Source: Octopus vulgaris
Taxonomy: Eukaryota
Assembly: GCA_951406725.2 (NCBI GenBank)
Contig: OX597830.1
Coordinates: 35,402,001 to 35,466,000 of the forward strand
Length of the DNA: 64,000 nt
Direction of reading: 5' to 3'
Shown here: positions 1 to 13,848 of the stretch, piece after piece
Layout of the letters: every line of letters begins with the position of its first letter
Position numbering within the stretch: position 1 is the stretch's first letter
Made by a program: the position numbers and the translations under genes
Notes under the pieces: model-generated
Database searches by the model: none
Told to the model about the DNA's origin: nothing
What the model saw: only the letters and a program-made list of their open reading frames with translations

Positions 1-48
1 TACATACATACATACATATATGAATACATACATACATGAATACATACA

Positions 49-217
49 TACGAAAGGCTTTCGTACAGTTTCCGTATCTCAAATTTACAAGACGATGCTT
101 GGTCCGCGTCTACTTTAGAAGGCAGTCGCCCAATGTGCCACGCAGTGGGACTGAACCCGGAACTACGCAGTTACCAAATTACCAAATGAGATTCTTCAGC
201 ACACAGCCATGGCTGCG
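49..217 (-). mobile_element. SINE family B, diverged 5' half
   Basis: Contains GTGCCACGCAGTGGGACTGAACCCGGAAC, the reverse complement of the family-B B-box region. Confidence 0.75.
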
Positions 218-252
218 AATGCTAAATGATTTTTTGTATTACTATCTCCAAC

Positions 253-253
253 A

Positions 254-305
<52 letters not shown>

Positions 306-594
306 GCCACAACCATACCACCACCGCCACCACCACTACTACCACCACCACCACCACCACTACCACCACCACTACCACTACCGCCACTACTACCGCCACT
401 CTACCGCCACTACCACTACCACCACCACCACTACCAGCACCACCACAAATAATACTACTCCTACTGTTGCTACTACTACTACGTTATCATTAATATTACT
501 ACCACCACCAAGCCCTATTCATTAATGTACGGCTATCATCAACACCGCTACATAATCATTAATACTAATACAACCACTCCTACGTTAACATTAA

Positions 595-648
<54 letters not shown>

Positions 649-650
649 CA
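253..650. repeat. (CTA)n/(CCA)n trinucleotide microsatellite field
   Basis: Direct reading; explains the poly-T/P/L/H ORFs. Confidence 0.95.
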
Positions 651-1292
651 GCCCTAATATTATCTTCAACTTTCACTTTCACTTTCAGAAGGGTTTTTTT
701 TCTTTTTCTTTATTTCTTTCTTCTATTTATTTCATTTTCAGTGTGACCCTTTGTTTGTTTTTGTTCACAGCATTGTCTCTGTGACAACAATGTCTGCTTG
801 CCACACAACAACAGAACGATGACAATATGGCGGTAACATCGATAGTTAAGAGAAAGAGAGGGTGGGAGTGGGGAAGGGTGGGCAATGTGTGTGATGGGAT
901 GGTAGTGAAGGGGTGTCGAGCGAAGTCGGTTGTTAATATTAAAAAAAAAATGTAAGGGAAGAGAAGAAGAGAGAGAAAGAAAAAGGACATGAGATGAGTG
1001 TTGTGAGGGAGAGAGTATTTTTACATAAAAATTAGAAGGAAAATAGAGAGAGGTGTGTGTAAGGGGTAGCGGGAGGTGCAAAAATGGCGGGGTGAGAAGA
1101 AGACCAGTGCGTTATTAATAGAAAGAGAAGCGAAGACAAAGACAAAATATAATAGTGAGAGAGAGAGAGACGGTAATTAGTGTATCTGCTAGGAAGTGAG
1201 GTGCACAGTAGGTGTGTGCGTGTGTGTGTGCATGTGTAAACATGTATGTTTTTACTGATGTATAGATAAATATACACGCAGACACTCACACA

Positions 1293-1515
<223 letters not shown>

Positions 1516-1981
1516 AGACAGAGATATAGACGAGGGTGGGAGCGGAAGCGATCTTGGATGGTGTTAAGTGTAGATATGAAGGATGGAAGAATAACTGGGC
1601 TTTTAATAAAAAAAATGTAGGAGACAAAGGAGAGAGGAAGAGAGTGAGAGAGAGAGAGAGAGAGCGGAGAGAGAGAGATATATAAACAATGAGAAAGTTA
1701 AACAATGAGGGAGATATGCGAGTCTACGGTATAAAAACAGTTAATGAAAGATGGAAGAAAATTGCTGAGTAAGTGTGGTAAAACAACACAGTGTGTGTAT
1801 GTGTGTGAGGGAGAGAGAGGGAGTGAAAAAAATAGACAGGCAGACAAGCAGACAGCCAGTCAGACAGATGTGTGAACTCTGGTGTGTGTGAACCATGGCA
1901 TGTAGTATTTGGAGCGAGGACATAAATGAGAGAGAACAATATAAAGGGCAATATGATAATACCCCAAGGGTATAATTGAAC

Positions 1982-2042
<61 letters not shown>

Positions 2043-2045
<3 letters not shown>

Positions 2046-2245
2046 AAATTATAATTTAGGGTATCTAAGAGATACAGCCAAGCTGAAAATAGCAGCCAAG
2101 ATCTGACTCTAAAACCTAGTTATATGTTGTCTTTTTGTCTTCTCTCCTTGTGCTGAATGGGCATTTAATGTGGTTTTAGAGTCAGATCTTGGCTGCTATT
2201 TTCAGCATGGCGGTATCTCTTATATATCCTAAATTATAATTTTAA
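2043..2245. repeat. 74-bp inverted repeat with 55-bp spacer
   Basis: 2043-2116 equals the reverse complement of 2172-2245 with 4 mismatches. Confidence 0.93.
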
Positions 2246-3753
2246 TAATAATTATTACCTTTAGAGGTTTTTATTTCCATGCTGGCCACTTGATAAGATC
2301 GGTATTTAATTTAAATTAGCGATCTTGTCCTTATATATATACACGGAGAGCGAGAGACAGAGAGAGCTGAGTGTAGTTGATGTTTAAACCCTGGTCATTA
2401 TGAGTGAGTAGCCCTTTAGTTACAGGGATTATGGCCGAAACCGTCTTGCCTGTGTTTTTTTATTTTTTCCGCATGCAGTGTATCCTGAACTATATAATGC
2501 TATAATGCATATGGCGCTGAAGTGAGATTTGAGGAAGATTAGGTGGCTATTTGAAGCAGATTGGGTGACCACCTAGTGGCTCGTTAATTAGCTCGTGTTG
2601 AGTATAGCTATATGGTATAGCCACAGAGTAGAGAATGAAGAATAAAATATAAGGTGAGTGAAGCAATAGGACATTGAGTATAAGAAAGAAGGAAAAGGGA
2701 GATGGGGAGTAAATGTGGCTGTAGAGATGCATAGAAAAGAAGAGAAAATATAGCGGGAGTCACAGAAAGAGAGAGTGAGTGAGCGAGGCAAGGTGAGATG
2801 AGGGATATAGGGAGAAGGGTGGGAGAGGGAAATGAGGAATAGTGGAGCGTGGCTATTTGACATGGTAACACAGGGTAAGGGGACAAAAAGATAAGAAAAG
2901 TATGGAGAAAATGGCGCACAGACACAACACACAACACACACATACACATAGAGGCACATATATATGTATGTATATCTATACATATCTATGTATGCGTACA
3001 TATATATGTATATCTATACATATGTATGCCTACACATACATATATGTATATATATCTATCTATACACACACACACACACACACACATAGATACGTATATG
3101 GATATGTATGTATGGGTAGTTGGAAGCATAGAAACAGAATGAGCGGGGAGCGAACGGAATGTATGAGAAGGAAAAATTGGGAGCAGGGTGGCGGGAGAGA
3201 TGGCGAAAATAGGGTGGAAGACATCACCAATAAAACAATATACGTTGATGAGGAAAATGGCCAACTCTAGGAGACAAAGAAACTGCGTAATGGGTTATTG
3301 GAGGCGTTGGTAATCGTGGCAATGGCGAGGGTGTAATTGTATTGGTGTTGTTTATGTTGTTGTTGTAGTTGTTGTTGTTGCTGTTGTTGATGTTCTTTAG
3401 CGCCATGTCACAGCTGGTCATGTAGACCCATTATCAAAGGCATTTTCCTTTCTGTTATTATGACCGTTCCGTCTCTTCAGACGACGATTTCTTTGCCGTC
3501 TTCGAAAATGTACTTTTATTCAGATCAGTCGTTCGATCAATTCCTCTAAAAGTAATGTCTTAAGTGGCTGAGTATACCTTCCGTACACACGTGTACTCTT
3601 AAAGTAATTCTGCAGTTGAATTATTGTGACACAGTACATAATGTCAAATCCGAATCTCAAATTCAGTTTTTCCATATGGCGTCCATTTATTCTATTTTAT
3701 AAGACGGCGAGCCTATTATATATACATACATACATTCACACAGCCACACACAG

Positions 3754-3898
<145 letters not shown>

Positions 3899-3946
3899 TT
3901 ATATATATGTGTGCGTGTGTCAGTAAATAGTGGGGTTGTATGTATG

Positions 3947-3985
<39 letters not shown>

Positions 3986-4021
3986 GCATGCATACAAACA
4001 TACATGCATATATCTTCTAAT

Positions 4022-4235
4022 TGTTTCCTCTTACATGTCTCAGTCATTTGACTGCGGTCATGTTGGAGCACCGTTTGAAGGGTATTAGTCGATCAAATCG
4101 ACCCTATGAAATTGTTTTTTAAGCCTAGTACTTATACTATTGGTCTCTTTTGCCGAACGGCTGTTACACTGAACTAAACATGCTAACACCGGTCGTCAAG
4201 CGGTGGTGGTGGTGGTGGTGGACAAACACAGACAC
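4022..4235 (-). mobile_element. SINE family B, 3' half
   Basis: CAGTCATTTGACTGCGG...GGACAAACACAGAC matches other B copies. Confidence 0.8.
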
Positions 4236-4248
4236 ACCCACACACACG

Positions 4249-4316
<68 letters not shown>

Positions 4317-4949
4317 TACATATATACATACATAAATATATATATATGTATATACAAACATACATATATATATATATAAGCATATACACACATGCATATA
4401 TACACGTACATATATATATATACGTACACACACACACTCACAAACACTCACTCACACACATGCTCGCACGCACACGCACACAAACACACACATATATGCA
4501 CATATATATAGTATGTATATATGCACACACATACACATGCACATATGTATATATAATTACATATATGCATTTATGTATATTTGTGTGTGAGTTTTGTGTG
4601 TGTGTGTCGATGTCTTTATGTTGTATTTGTGTACTACCACTGCGTAACAACCAGTATTTGTTTCTTTAAATCCTCGTGACATAGCGGTTCAGCAGAGGTG
4701 TTTCGTTGGACTAAGTAGCAGATTTAAAGATAAGTGCTAAGTCCTCGAATGCCGTGCTCCAATATGGCCACTGTACTATGAAGGCAACGAGTAGAAGATA
4801 CAAAGATGGGTGGGTAGAGAATTCTTAGAGTATTCCCCTGATCTGTGTAGCAGGTCGAGCGACCGAATCAGTCCTCTGTGTTGTTTGTCTTTGTTGCTGT
4901 TATCGATATGTGAAGGCGCGTGGCTTAATGGTTAAGGTATTCAGTTCCT

Positions 4950-5178
4950 GGCGGTAGCTGGCAGAACCGTTAGCACGCCGGGCAAAATGCGTAGCCGTAT
5001 TTCGTCTTCTGTTGCGTTCTGAGTTCAAGTTCCGCCGAGGTCGACTTTGCCTTTCATCCTTTCGGGGTCGATAAATTAAGTACCAGTTACGCACTGGGGT
5101 CGATGTAATCGACTTAATACCTATGTCTGTCCTTGTTTTTCCACTCTATGTTTAGCCCCTTGTGGATAATAAAGAAAC
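4950..5178 (+). mobile_element. SINE family A (T1 tail), monomer
   Basis: GGCGGTAGCTGGCAGAA head, GAGTTCAAGTTCC B box, tail ending AATAAAGAAAC. Confidence 0.92.
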
Positions 5179-5250
5179 AGGTATGGTTGAATGTTCGACT
5201 CCCAGCGACGTGTTGTGTCATTGAGAAGACACTTTATTTCCTCTTGCTCC

Positions 5251-5773
5251 CGCAGGAGTGGCTGTGTGGTAAGTAGCTTGCAGGCGTTTTTTGTCTTCTC
5301 CCATTAATATCATCCTTATCATCATTCACATCATCAATGTCTTTGTCCAGCCCGCAAGCTACTCGGTATCATGCCTTTATTTTGAAATAAAGTAGCTTGC
5401 TTACCAACCACATGATTCCGGGTTCAGTCCCACTGCATGGCACTTTGGGCAAGAGTCTTTTACTATAGCCTCGGCTCGACCATAGCTTTGTGAGTGGATC
5501 TAGTAGACGCAAACTGAAAGAAGCCCGTCGTACTTATGTATATGTATATTTATATGTGTGTGTGTGTGCAGGTGTCTGTGTTTGTATTTGTTCCCCCAAC
5601 ATCGCTTGACAACCGATGCTGGTGTGTTTATGTCCCCCTAACTTAGCGGTTCGGCAAAAGACATTGATAGAATAAGTAGTAGGCTTACAAAGAATAAATC
5701 CTGGGGTTGATTTGCTCGACTAAAGACAGTGCTCCAGCATGGCCTTATTGAAATGACTGAAACATGTAAAGAG
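5251..5773 (+). mobile_element. SINE family B, near full length, with ~110-bp internal insert
   Basis: A box TGGCTGTGTGG, B box GGTTCAGTCCC, central microsatellite, 3' module ending ATGACTGAAAC. Confidence 0.9.
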
Positions 5774-5944
5774 TCCACTCAGCCAGCAAAAATGAGTTGT
5801 ACATGAATTTTTAAGGGCCCATCCTTGCCTTGCCACAGTCTGCGTCACCCTGACTCTCCCTGAAAACTACGTAAGGTGTACGCATGTCTGCCGACTGCTC
5901 ACTCGCTTCCACGTTAATTTCAAGAACAGGCGGTTCCTATGATC

Positions 5945-6272
5945 TTTTATGTCTTACTTGTTTTAGTCATTAGACTACGGCCCAGCTGGGGCACTGCGTT
6001 GAAGAATTTTAGTCTTGCAAATCGAACAGTCTCTTGCCCCGAACTGTTTAGTCACGAGGAGGTAAACACACCAACACTGGCTGCGAAGCGGGGTTAGGGG
6101 ACAAACACAGACACACACACACACATATTTATATATACTACGGGCTTCTTTCAGTTTCTGTGTACGAAATCAAATCATAAGACTTCAATTCACCAGAACA
6201 TGTAGTAGAAGGCACCTGCCCAACATGCCACGCAATGGAACTAAACCCGAAACGATTTGGTTTCGAAGCAAG
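5945..6272 (-). mobile_element. SINE family B, diverged
   Basis: Similarity to other B copies on the minus strand. Confidence 0.75.
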
Positions 6273-6373
6273 ATTCTCTCTCCCTCTCTCTCTGTATACG
6301 TATATATATATGTGTGTGTATGTATATATATATATATATATATATGAATGTATGTATATATATATATATATGA

Positions 6374-6477
<104 letters not shown>

Positions 6478-6977
6478 ATATGTATATATATATATATATG
6501 TATATATATATGTACATATATATACACACACATTCATATATGTACACTTATGTATGTATATATGTATATATAGATGCACACAATTCTGCATGCATGTATT
6601 TTGGTCAAACTTTAAGAATGTATGCAACCACTTAACTCTGATTCCTACATGCAAAACACGATTGTGTATATGCTTGTGTGTGTGTGTGAGTGTGTACGTG
6701 CGTGTGGTTAGAGAGAGGTAGAGAGCGAGAGAGAGAGAACGAAAGAGACAGAGAGTCAGAGAAAGAGGGGGAAAAGGGAGAGAAAGAGACGCCAGCGGGA
6801 GAGAGGAAGAAAGAGTAAAACAGCGATGTTTGGGTTCATACGAGATATAAAAAAATATAAAAAAGAAAAGAAGATACAAGCCTAGAAGTCACAGGTTCGT
6901 CTGAAATGAGAAACTGAGGACCAAAGATCGAAATGAGGAGTGGAAATCAAAGATAAAGGTAGAGAGAGAGAGAGAGC

Positions 6978-7024
<47 letters not shown>

Positions 7025-7138
7025 CAACAGAGAGAGAGTGGGATATGGGGAAGACAACAGGCAAGATATTGAAGGGAGCAGCGAGATGCATTATTTTTGA
7101 TATTCAAATCTTCTAACAGACAGGTATAGATGTATAAA

Positions 7139-7737
7139 GGCGACGAGCTGGCAGAAACGTTAGCACGCCGGACGAAATGCTTAGCGGTATTTCGGCTGCC
7201 GTTACGTTGTGAGTTCAAATTCCGCCGAGGTCGACTTTGCCTTTCATCCTTTCGGGGTCGATAAATTAAGTACCAGTTACGCACTGGGGTCGATGTAATC
7301 GACTTAATACCTATGTCTGTCCTTGTTTGTCCCCTCTGTGTTTAGCCCCTTGTGGGTAGTAAAGAAATAGGTATTTCGGCTGCCGGTACGTTCTGATTTC
7401 AAATTCCGCCGAGGTCGACTTTGCCTTTCATCCTTTCGTAATTTGATTAAATAAGTACCAGTTACGCACTGGGGTCGATATAATCGACTTAATCCGTTTG
7501 TCTGTCCTTGTTTGTCCTCTCTGTGTTTAGCCCCTTGTGTGTAGTAAAGAAATCGGTATTTCGTCTGCCGCTACGTTCAGAGTTCAAATTCCGCCGAGGT
7601 CGACTTTGCCTTTCATCGTTTCGGGGCCGATTAAATAAGTACCAGTTACACACTGGAGTTAATATAATCGACTTAATCCGTTTGTCTGTCCTTGTTTGTC
7701 CTCTCTGTGTTTAGCCCCTTGTGGGTAGTAAAGAAAA
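7139..7737 (+). mobile_element. SINE family A trimer (one head + three ~184-bp bodies) with 16-bp TSD
   Basis: Bodies 7187-7370, 7371-7555, 7556-7739; AGGTATAGATGTATAA at 7122-7137 and 7738-7753. Confidence 0.93.
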
Positions 7738-7848
7738 AGGTATAGATGTATAATGTGTGCGTGGGGTATGTCTGTGCTATTGTGTATATGCGTGTGTGTG
7801 TGTATGCGCGCGTGTGTGTGTGCGCGTGTGTGTGTGTATGTATATATA

Positions 7849-7998
7849 TATGAGTGTGTGAACCTATGGTATGCGTGGGTGTGATGTGTGTGTGATGTGT
7901 GTGTGCGCGTGTGTGTGTCTTACTCTGTGTATGTGTGTACGTGTGTGTGTGTGCGTGTGTGTGTGTGCGTGTGTGTCTTTCTCTGTGTATGTGTGTAC

Positions 7999-8034
<36 letters not shown>

Positions 8035-8210
8035 GAGTGTGTGAACCTATGGTATGTGTGGGTGTGATGTTTGTGTGATGTGTGCGTGCGCGTGTGTCTT
8101 ACTCTGTGTATGTGTGTACGTGTGTGTATGCGTGTATGTATATATATGAGTGTGTGAACCTATGGTATGCGTGGGCATGATGTGTGTGTGTGTGTCTTAC
8201 TCTGTGTATA
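7849..8210. repeat. Higher-order minisatellite within (TG)/(TA) tracts
   Basis: TATGAGTGTGTGAACCTATGGTATG...GTCTTACTCTGTGTAT occurs three times (~7849, ~8033, ~8146). Confidence 0.85.
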
Positions 8211-8451
8211 TGTGTATGCGTGTGTGTGTGTGTGTGTGTGTGTAGCAAAACACTACGTGCTGTCACACAGTCGCAGAAACACAATCGCCGTTACAAGTAT
8301 TTGTATTGCAGTTTAATAACTGAGCATGCGCACGTGATAAATAGAAACGCTTACTCGCACACACAAACACATACACACAGGAACGAATGCACATATACAT
8401 ATGTATGTATGCACGTACGTATATATGTATATATATATATATGTATTTGCA

Positions 8452-8492
<41 letters not shown>

Positions 8493-8633
8493 ATATGTAT
8501 GTATATGCATATATATGTATGTATGTATATGCATATATATATATATATATATATACATATATATTTATGTATATGTACATAAATATGTATATATATGCAC
8601 ACTCATATGTATGTATGTATGTATGTATGCATG

Positions 8634-8692
<59 letters not shown>

Positions 8693-8932
8693 ATAAATGC
8701 ATATGTGTGTGTGTGTGCATGTGTGGGTTTGTTTGTGCATGTGTGTGTGTACAAACATAGATTTATATCGCTGTGTGGTTACTTTTTTTAAACCTGATTC
8801 ATACTTTATCGACTTCTTTCAACGAACCGCTATGTTACTCGCTTGCAACCAAAGTAATTGTGAGTATGAGGGACTAGGTGTTAGGGGATAAACACATAGA
8901 AGGAACAAATACAGATATATATGTACTTGTGT

Positions 8933-9024
<92 letters not shown>

Positions 9025-9055
9025 ATGTGTGTATATATATATGTATGTATGTATG

Positions 9056-9091
<36 letters not shown>

Positions 9092-9105
9092 CGTGTGTGT
9101 GTGTA

Positions 9106-9273
9106 GGCTCAGGAGTGGCTGTGTGGTAAGTAGCTTGCTTACCAACCTCATGGTTCTTGGTTCAGTCCCACTGCGTGGCACCTTGGGCGAGTGTCTTCTG
9201 CAGTAGCCTCAGGCCGACCTAGGCTTTGTGACTGCATTTGGTAGATGGAAACTGAAAGAAGCCCGTTGTATAC

Positions 9274-9315
<42 letters not shown>

Positions 9316-9506
9316 TTTTGTGTGACTGTGCTTGTACCGATGGTGTGTTTACGTCCTCGTCGCAACTTAGCGGTTCGGTAAGAGAGACTGATACAATAAG
9401 CACTAGGCTTACAAAGAATAAGTCCTGGGGTAGATTTGTTCGACTAAAGGCGGTGCTCCAGCATGGCTGCAGTCAAATGACTGAAACAAGTAAAAGAATA
9501 AAAGAA
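9106..9506 (+). mobile_element. SINE family B, full length
   Basis: Head, central microsatellite, 3' module, AAAAGAAT-type tail. Confidence 0.92.
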
Positions 9507-9594
9507 CATATATATAGAGAGAGAAAGAGCGAAAGAGAGAGAGAGAAAGAGAAGGAGAAAGAGAGAGAAAGAGTGTGTCTCAAGTTTCATAACC

Positions 9595-10270
9595 GTCGTG
9601 GCTGTGTGGTAAGGAATTTGTTTCTCAGCCACATGATTCCACTTTCAATCCTACAGCCCGGCACCTTGTACTAATAAGCCCCCGGACGATCAAATGCTTG
9701 TGAGTGGATTTGGCAGCCGGAATTCAAAAAAGCAGCCATATATACAGTTATCTTTTACTTGTCTCAGTCATTGGACTGCGGTCATGCTGGGGCACCGCCT
9801 GGAAAGCTTCAGTCGGATGAATCGACATTTTTTAAGTCTCGATCTGATCTTAAATCATCGAACGCATTTTGGCGAAGCGCTACATCGCAGGGAGTTAAAC
9901 AAAGTGGTAGGTCGGGAGACACACATACATAGACACCCAAACACACGCACACATACATACATACATACATACATACATACATACATACATACATACATTA
10001 ATTATATTGATATGCATGTGTATGTATGTGTGTATATGTGCGTATGTATGTATATATATATATATATATATAGGTGTGTGTGTGCATCATTTATCACTTC
10101 ATTTTTGCTTCTCTCAATTAATAAACAGCGGGAATGCGGCAGCCCCTTGAAGAATGCGTAGGAGCTCATTACTTTTTTTTTCTTTCTACGGTACCCTTTG
10201 CTGAGCCGCTAAATTACGGGAACGCAAACACACCAACGCCGGTTGTTAAGAACTGGGTGGGGACAAACAC
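9595..10270. mobile_element. Cluster of decayed family-B fragments on both strands
   Basis: Plus-strand 5' part ~9595-9745; minus-strand 3' parts ~9750-9930 and ~10130-10270. Confidence 0.65.
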
Positions 10271-10332
10271 ACACTAGCTACCCCCACATATACGTATACA
10301 TATATATATATACATATATATGTATATTTGTA

Positions 10333-10368
<36 letters not shown>

Positions 10369-10446
10369 AATACATACATATCTATATGTATGTATATATG
10401 AGTATGTATATATATATATAAATATACATACATATATATATTAATT

Positions 10447-10482
<36 letters not shown>

Positions 10483-10707
10483 GTATGTATACTCACATCC
10501 AGATATATACCCAAGTCTTTATCTAAATAGATAAATAGAACCTTTGGCCGATAGTTAGATTGATGTTTAGAGATAGAGACACATACATGCATACCTACAT
10601 CTACACCGACAGAATTTCTTAAACGGTAGTGTATTTACACTCACGCCCGCGCAGAAACCGTAATACACTAAAATGGACAGATAAGTCACAAACACTTTCT
10701 TGCCGCA

Positions 10708-10738
<31 letters not shown>

Positions 10739-10799
10739 TACACACACACACACACAGGTGCACACACATACACACACAACACAGGTGCACACACACACA

Positions 10800-10837
<38 letters not shown>

Positions 10838-11315
10838 TACTTACAAGCACGTACACACACACACAAACGCAAAAAACATTCAGGTAAATTCACAGGTACG
10901 CAAAATAAGTATACCCTTATACACTCACTCATCTAGGCTTGAGCCGTAATACTTAATTGCTGACAGTGCACACCTTGCATGCGAACACACAGACACAGAG
11001 AATGGAATGGCAGGTTATGTGTGTGTGTGACAACCGAAACACATCCAGTTAATTAGAGACTCACACACCTATATACATATCCATATACACACATACACAC
11101 AAAGAGAATATCATACACACACACACACACACACATGTCAACATGCATATACACACAAATACACACAAATATATGTGTTTATGTAGATTGAGAAATTGAT
11201 AGGTGTGTACGCACGCACGCACTCACACGTACTCGTAGCTACATGATCATACTTGGAAACACTATCGCGCATATACACATACATAACAGAATCACTTTTT
11301 ATACGCGTGTGTGTC

Positions 11316-11700
11316 GGAGGCGCCAATGGCCCAGTGGTTAGGGCAGCGGACTCGCGGTCGTAGGATCGCGGTTTCGATTCCCAGACCGGGCGTTCTGAGT
11401 GTTTATTGAGCGAAAACACCTAAAAAGCTCCACGAGGCTCCGGCAGGGGATGGTGGTGATCCCTGCTGTACTCTTTCACCACAACTTTCTTTCACTCTTA
11501 CTTCCTGTTTCTGTTGTACCTGTATTTTTCAAAGGGCCGGCCTTGTCACTCTCTATGTCACGCTGAATATCCCCGAGAACTACGTTAAGGGTACACGTGT
11601 CTGTGGAGTGCTCAGCCTCTTACATGTTAATTTCACGATCAGGCTGTTCCGTTGATCGGATCAACCGGAACCCTCGTCGTCGTAACCCACGGAGTGCTTC
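11316..11700 (+). mobile_element. SINE family C, full length, tRNA(Arg)-like head
   Basis: TGGCCCAGTGG A box, GTTTCGATTCCC B box; ATACGCG(..)TGTGTG on both flanks as probable TSD. Confidence 0.9.
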
Positions 11701-11717
11701 CATCCATACGCGCGCGC

Positions 11718-11751
<34 letters not shown>

Positions 11752-11762
11752 CTAGGTACATA

Positions 11763-11945
11763 GGCGACTAGCGGTATTCCTCCCGGTTTTACGTTCCGAG
11801 TTCAAATTCCGCCGAGGTCGACTTTGCATTTCATCCTCTCGGGGGTCGATAATATTAGATCCAGCTGAACACTGGAGTCGTTGTATTCGACTAGGCCACT
11901 CTCCCTTAACTTTCAGGGCCTATTCATATATGTGAAAGGATATAA
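11763..11945 (+). mobile_element. SINE family A with alternative (T2) tail, diverged
   Basis: GAGTTCAAATTCCGCCGAGGTCGAC core, then CTTTCAGGGCCT..GAAAGGAT tail. Confidence 0.8.
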
Positions 11946-12256
11946 TCAGACTTAGAAACATATATAGATTTACACACCCTATAAACACACGCGCACACAT
12001 ACACAATCCTAAACAGAATACATCACCAAGTTTTCACCCCAAGATCCATTCTCGATAGCTAATACATCACTAATTGCAACAATGCCCTGCCTCTCAGAAT
12101 TCTTCAACTTTTAAACATGTCCCATCACACCCGAAATAAGTAGCACTAGTCAGCCAATATCAAATTTGTGCTTTCGCCGAACTCTCTTTCCTCCAATAAC
12201 TTATATAGTTCCATAGCTACGTAATGAAGTGGTAATTCGGGACAAGAGTAATTACT

Positions 12257-12318
<62 letters not shown>

Positions 12319-12406
12319 CACACACACACGCACACACACACACACAAAATATAGATATACATATGTATATACATACACATATATATATGTATATACATCC
12401 GTAGTG

Positions 12407-12655
12407 AAGGCGCATGGTTCAGTGGTTAGAGCGTCGAGCTTACGATCGTGAGGTTGTGAGTTCGATTCCCGGACCGAGTCGCATGTTGTGTTCTTAAGCA
12501 AGACACTTTATTTCACAGAAATGTAGAAATGAGTTACGACATCACTTGAGCCCAGCTGTATCGGCCTTTACCTTTCCCTTGGATGACGTTGGTGGTGTGG
12601 AGAGGGGAGGGGTGGCTGGTATGCATGGGCGACTGCTGACCTTCCACAAACAACC
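12407..12655 (+). mobile_element. SINE family D (tRNA head + CORE-like domain), 3' truncated
   Basis: GGCGCATGGTTCAGTGGTTAGAGCG...GAGTTCGATTCCC; matches 31075-31413. Confidence 0.88.
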
Positions 12656-12788
12656 AAATTCACTCAGAAGGCATTGGATGGCCCGAGGCTATAGTAGAAG
12701 GCACTTACTCAAGGTGCCACGCAGTGGGACTGAACCCGAAGCCATGTGGTTGGTAAACAATCTACTTACCACACAACCATTCCTGCGC

Positions 12789-12790
<2 letters not shown>
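12655..12790 (-). mobile_element. SINE family B, 5' part
   Basis: Ends in CCTGCGCC, the reverse complement of the head. Confidence 0.85.
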
Positions 12791-12882
<92 letters not shown>

Positions 12883-13129
12883 CATACATATGTGTGTGTG
12901 TATTATAACGAGAGGCTCCTTTAACTTTCTGCCGATCAAATCTCTTCATAAAAATTTGGTGCCCCTCTGAGCTATAGTGGAAGTTACTTGACCAAAGTGC
13001 CATGGACTCGAATCCCCCTTCATAAACATGCGTAGGCGTGTATTTATACGTGTGTTGTATGTATGCATTATATATGCATCAATTTCTCTTTCTCACTCTC
13101 TGTCGCTCTCTCTCTCTCTCTCACTTTGA

Positions 13130-13131
13130 AT

Positions 13132-13180
<49 letters not shown>

Positions 13181-13235
13181 CAGACAGATAGAGAGAGGGA
13201 TTGATAGATGGATGAATGTATAGATAGATAGATAA

Positions 13236-13325
<90 letters not shown>
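13130..13325. repeat. (TAGA)n tetranucleotide microsatellite
   Basis: Direct reading; similar tracts at ~15.8, 20.4, 27.2, 32.2 and 61.8 kb. Confidence 0.95.
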
Positions 13326-13364
13326 TCTTAATTTATGTCGACTTTAGTGTATATATTCTCCGTC

Positions 13365-13848
13365 TTTTCTTTAACTGTTTCAGTCATTAGACTGCGGCCA
13401 TGCTGGAGCACCGCCTTAAAAGATTCTTAGTAAGACTAAGCGACTCAAGGATTTACTTTCTGTTAAGTCCAACGCATATTCTATCCATATCATTTAACAA
13501 GTCGCTAATTTACAGGATGTAAACACAGCAACACCGGTTGCCAAGAGGTAGTTAGGGACAAATACAAACACAAAGATGTATATGTGTGTGTGTGTGTGTG
13601 TGTATACATATACATATACATACATATATATATATATATGTGTGTGTGCGTGTATGTATATATTTATATATATATATATACATATACATGAGAGGCTTCT
13701 TTTAGTTTCCATCTGCCAAATCCGCTCACAAGGCTTTGGTCGGATCAAGACTATAGCAGAAAACACTTGCCCAAGGTGCCATGCAGTGGGATTGAACCCT
13801 GAATCATGTGGCAGCAATACAAGCTTCTCACCACACAACCATGCCTTC
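13365..13848 (-). mobile_element. SINE family B, diverged full length
   Basis: Both modules present around an expanded central microsatellite. Confidence 0.85.

Larger units (their letters stand above)
4913..5945 (+). mobile_element. Old tRNA/CORE-type SINE (D-like head, C-like tail) split into three pieces by younger insertions
   Basis: Pieces 4913-4949, 5179-5250 and 5772-5945 join into A box, B box, TTGAG..AAGACACTTTATTTC core and the GAAAACTACGT..CACGTTAATTTC tail. Confidence 0.75.

Noticed and set aside
11316-11392. tRNA genes at SINE heads (also 12407 and 31340)
   Set aside because: Acceptor stems do not close and the sequence runs directly into SINE bodies
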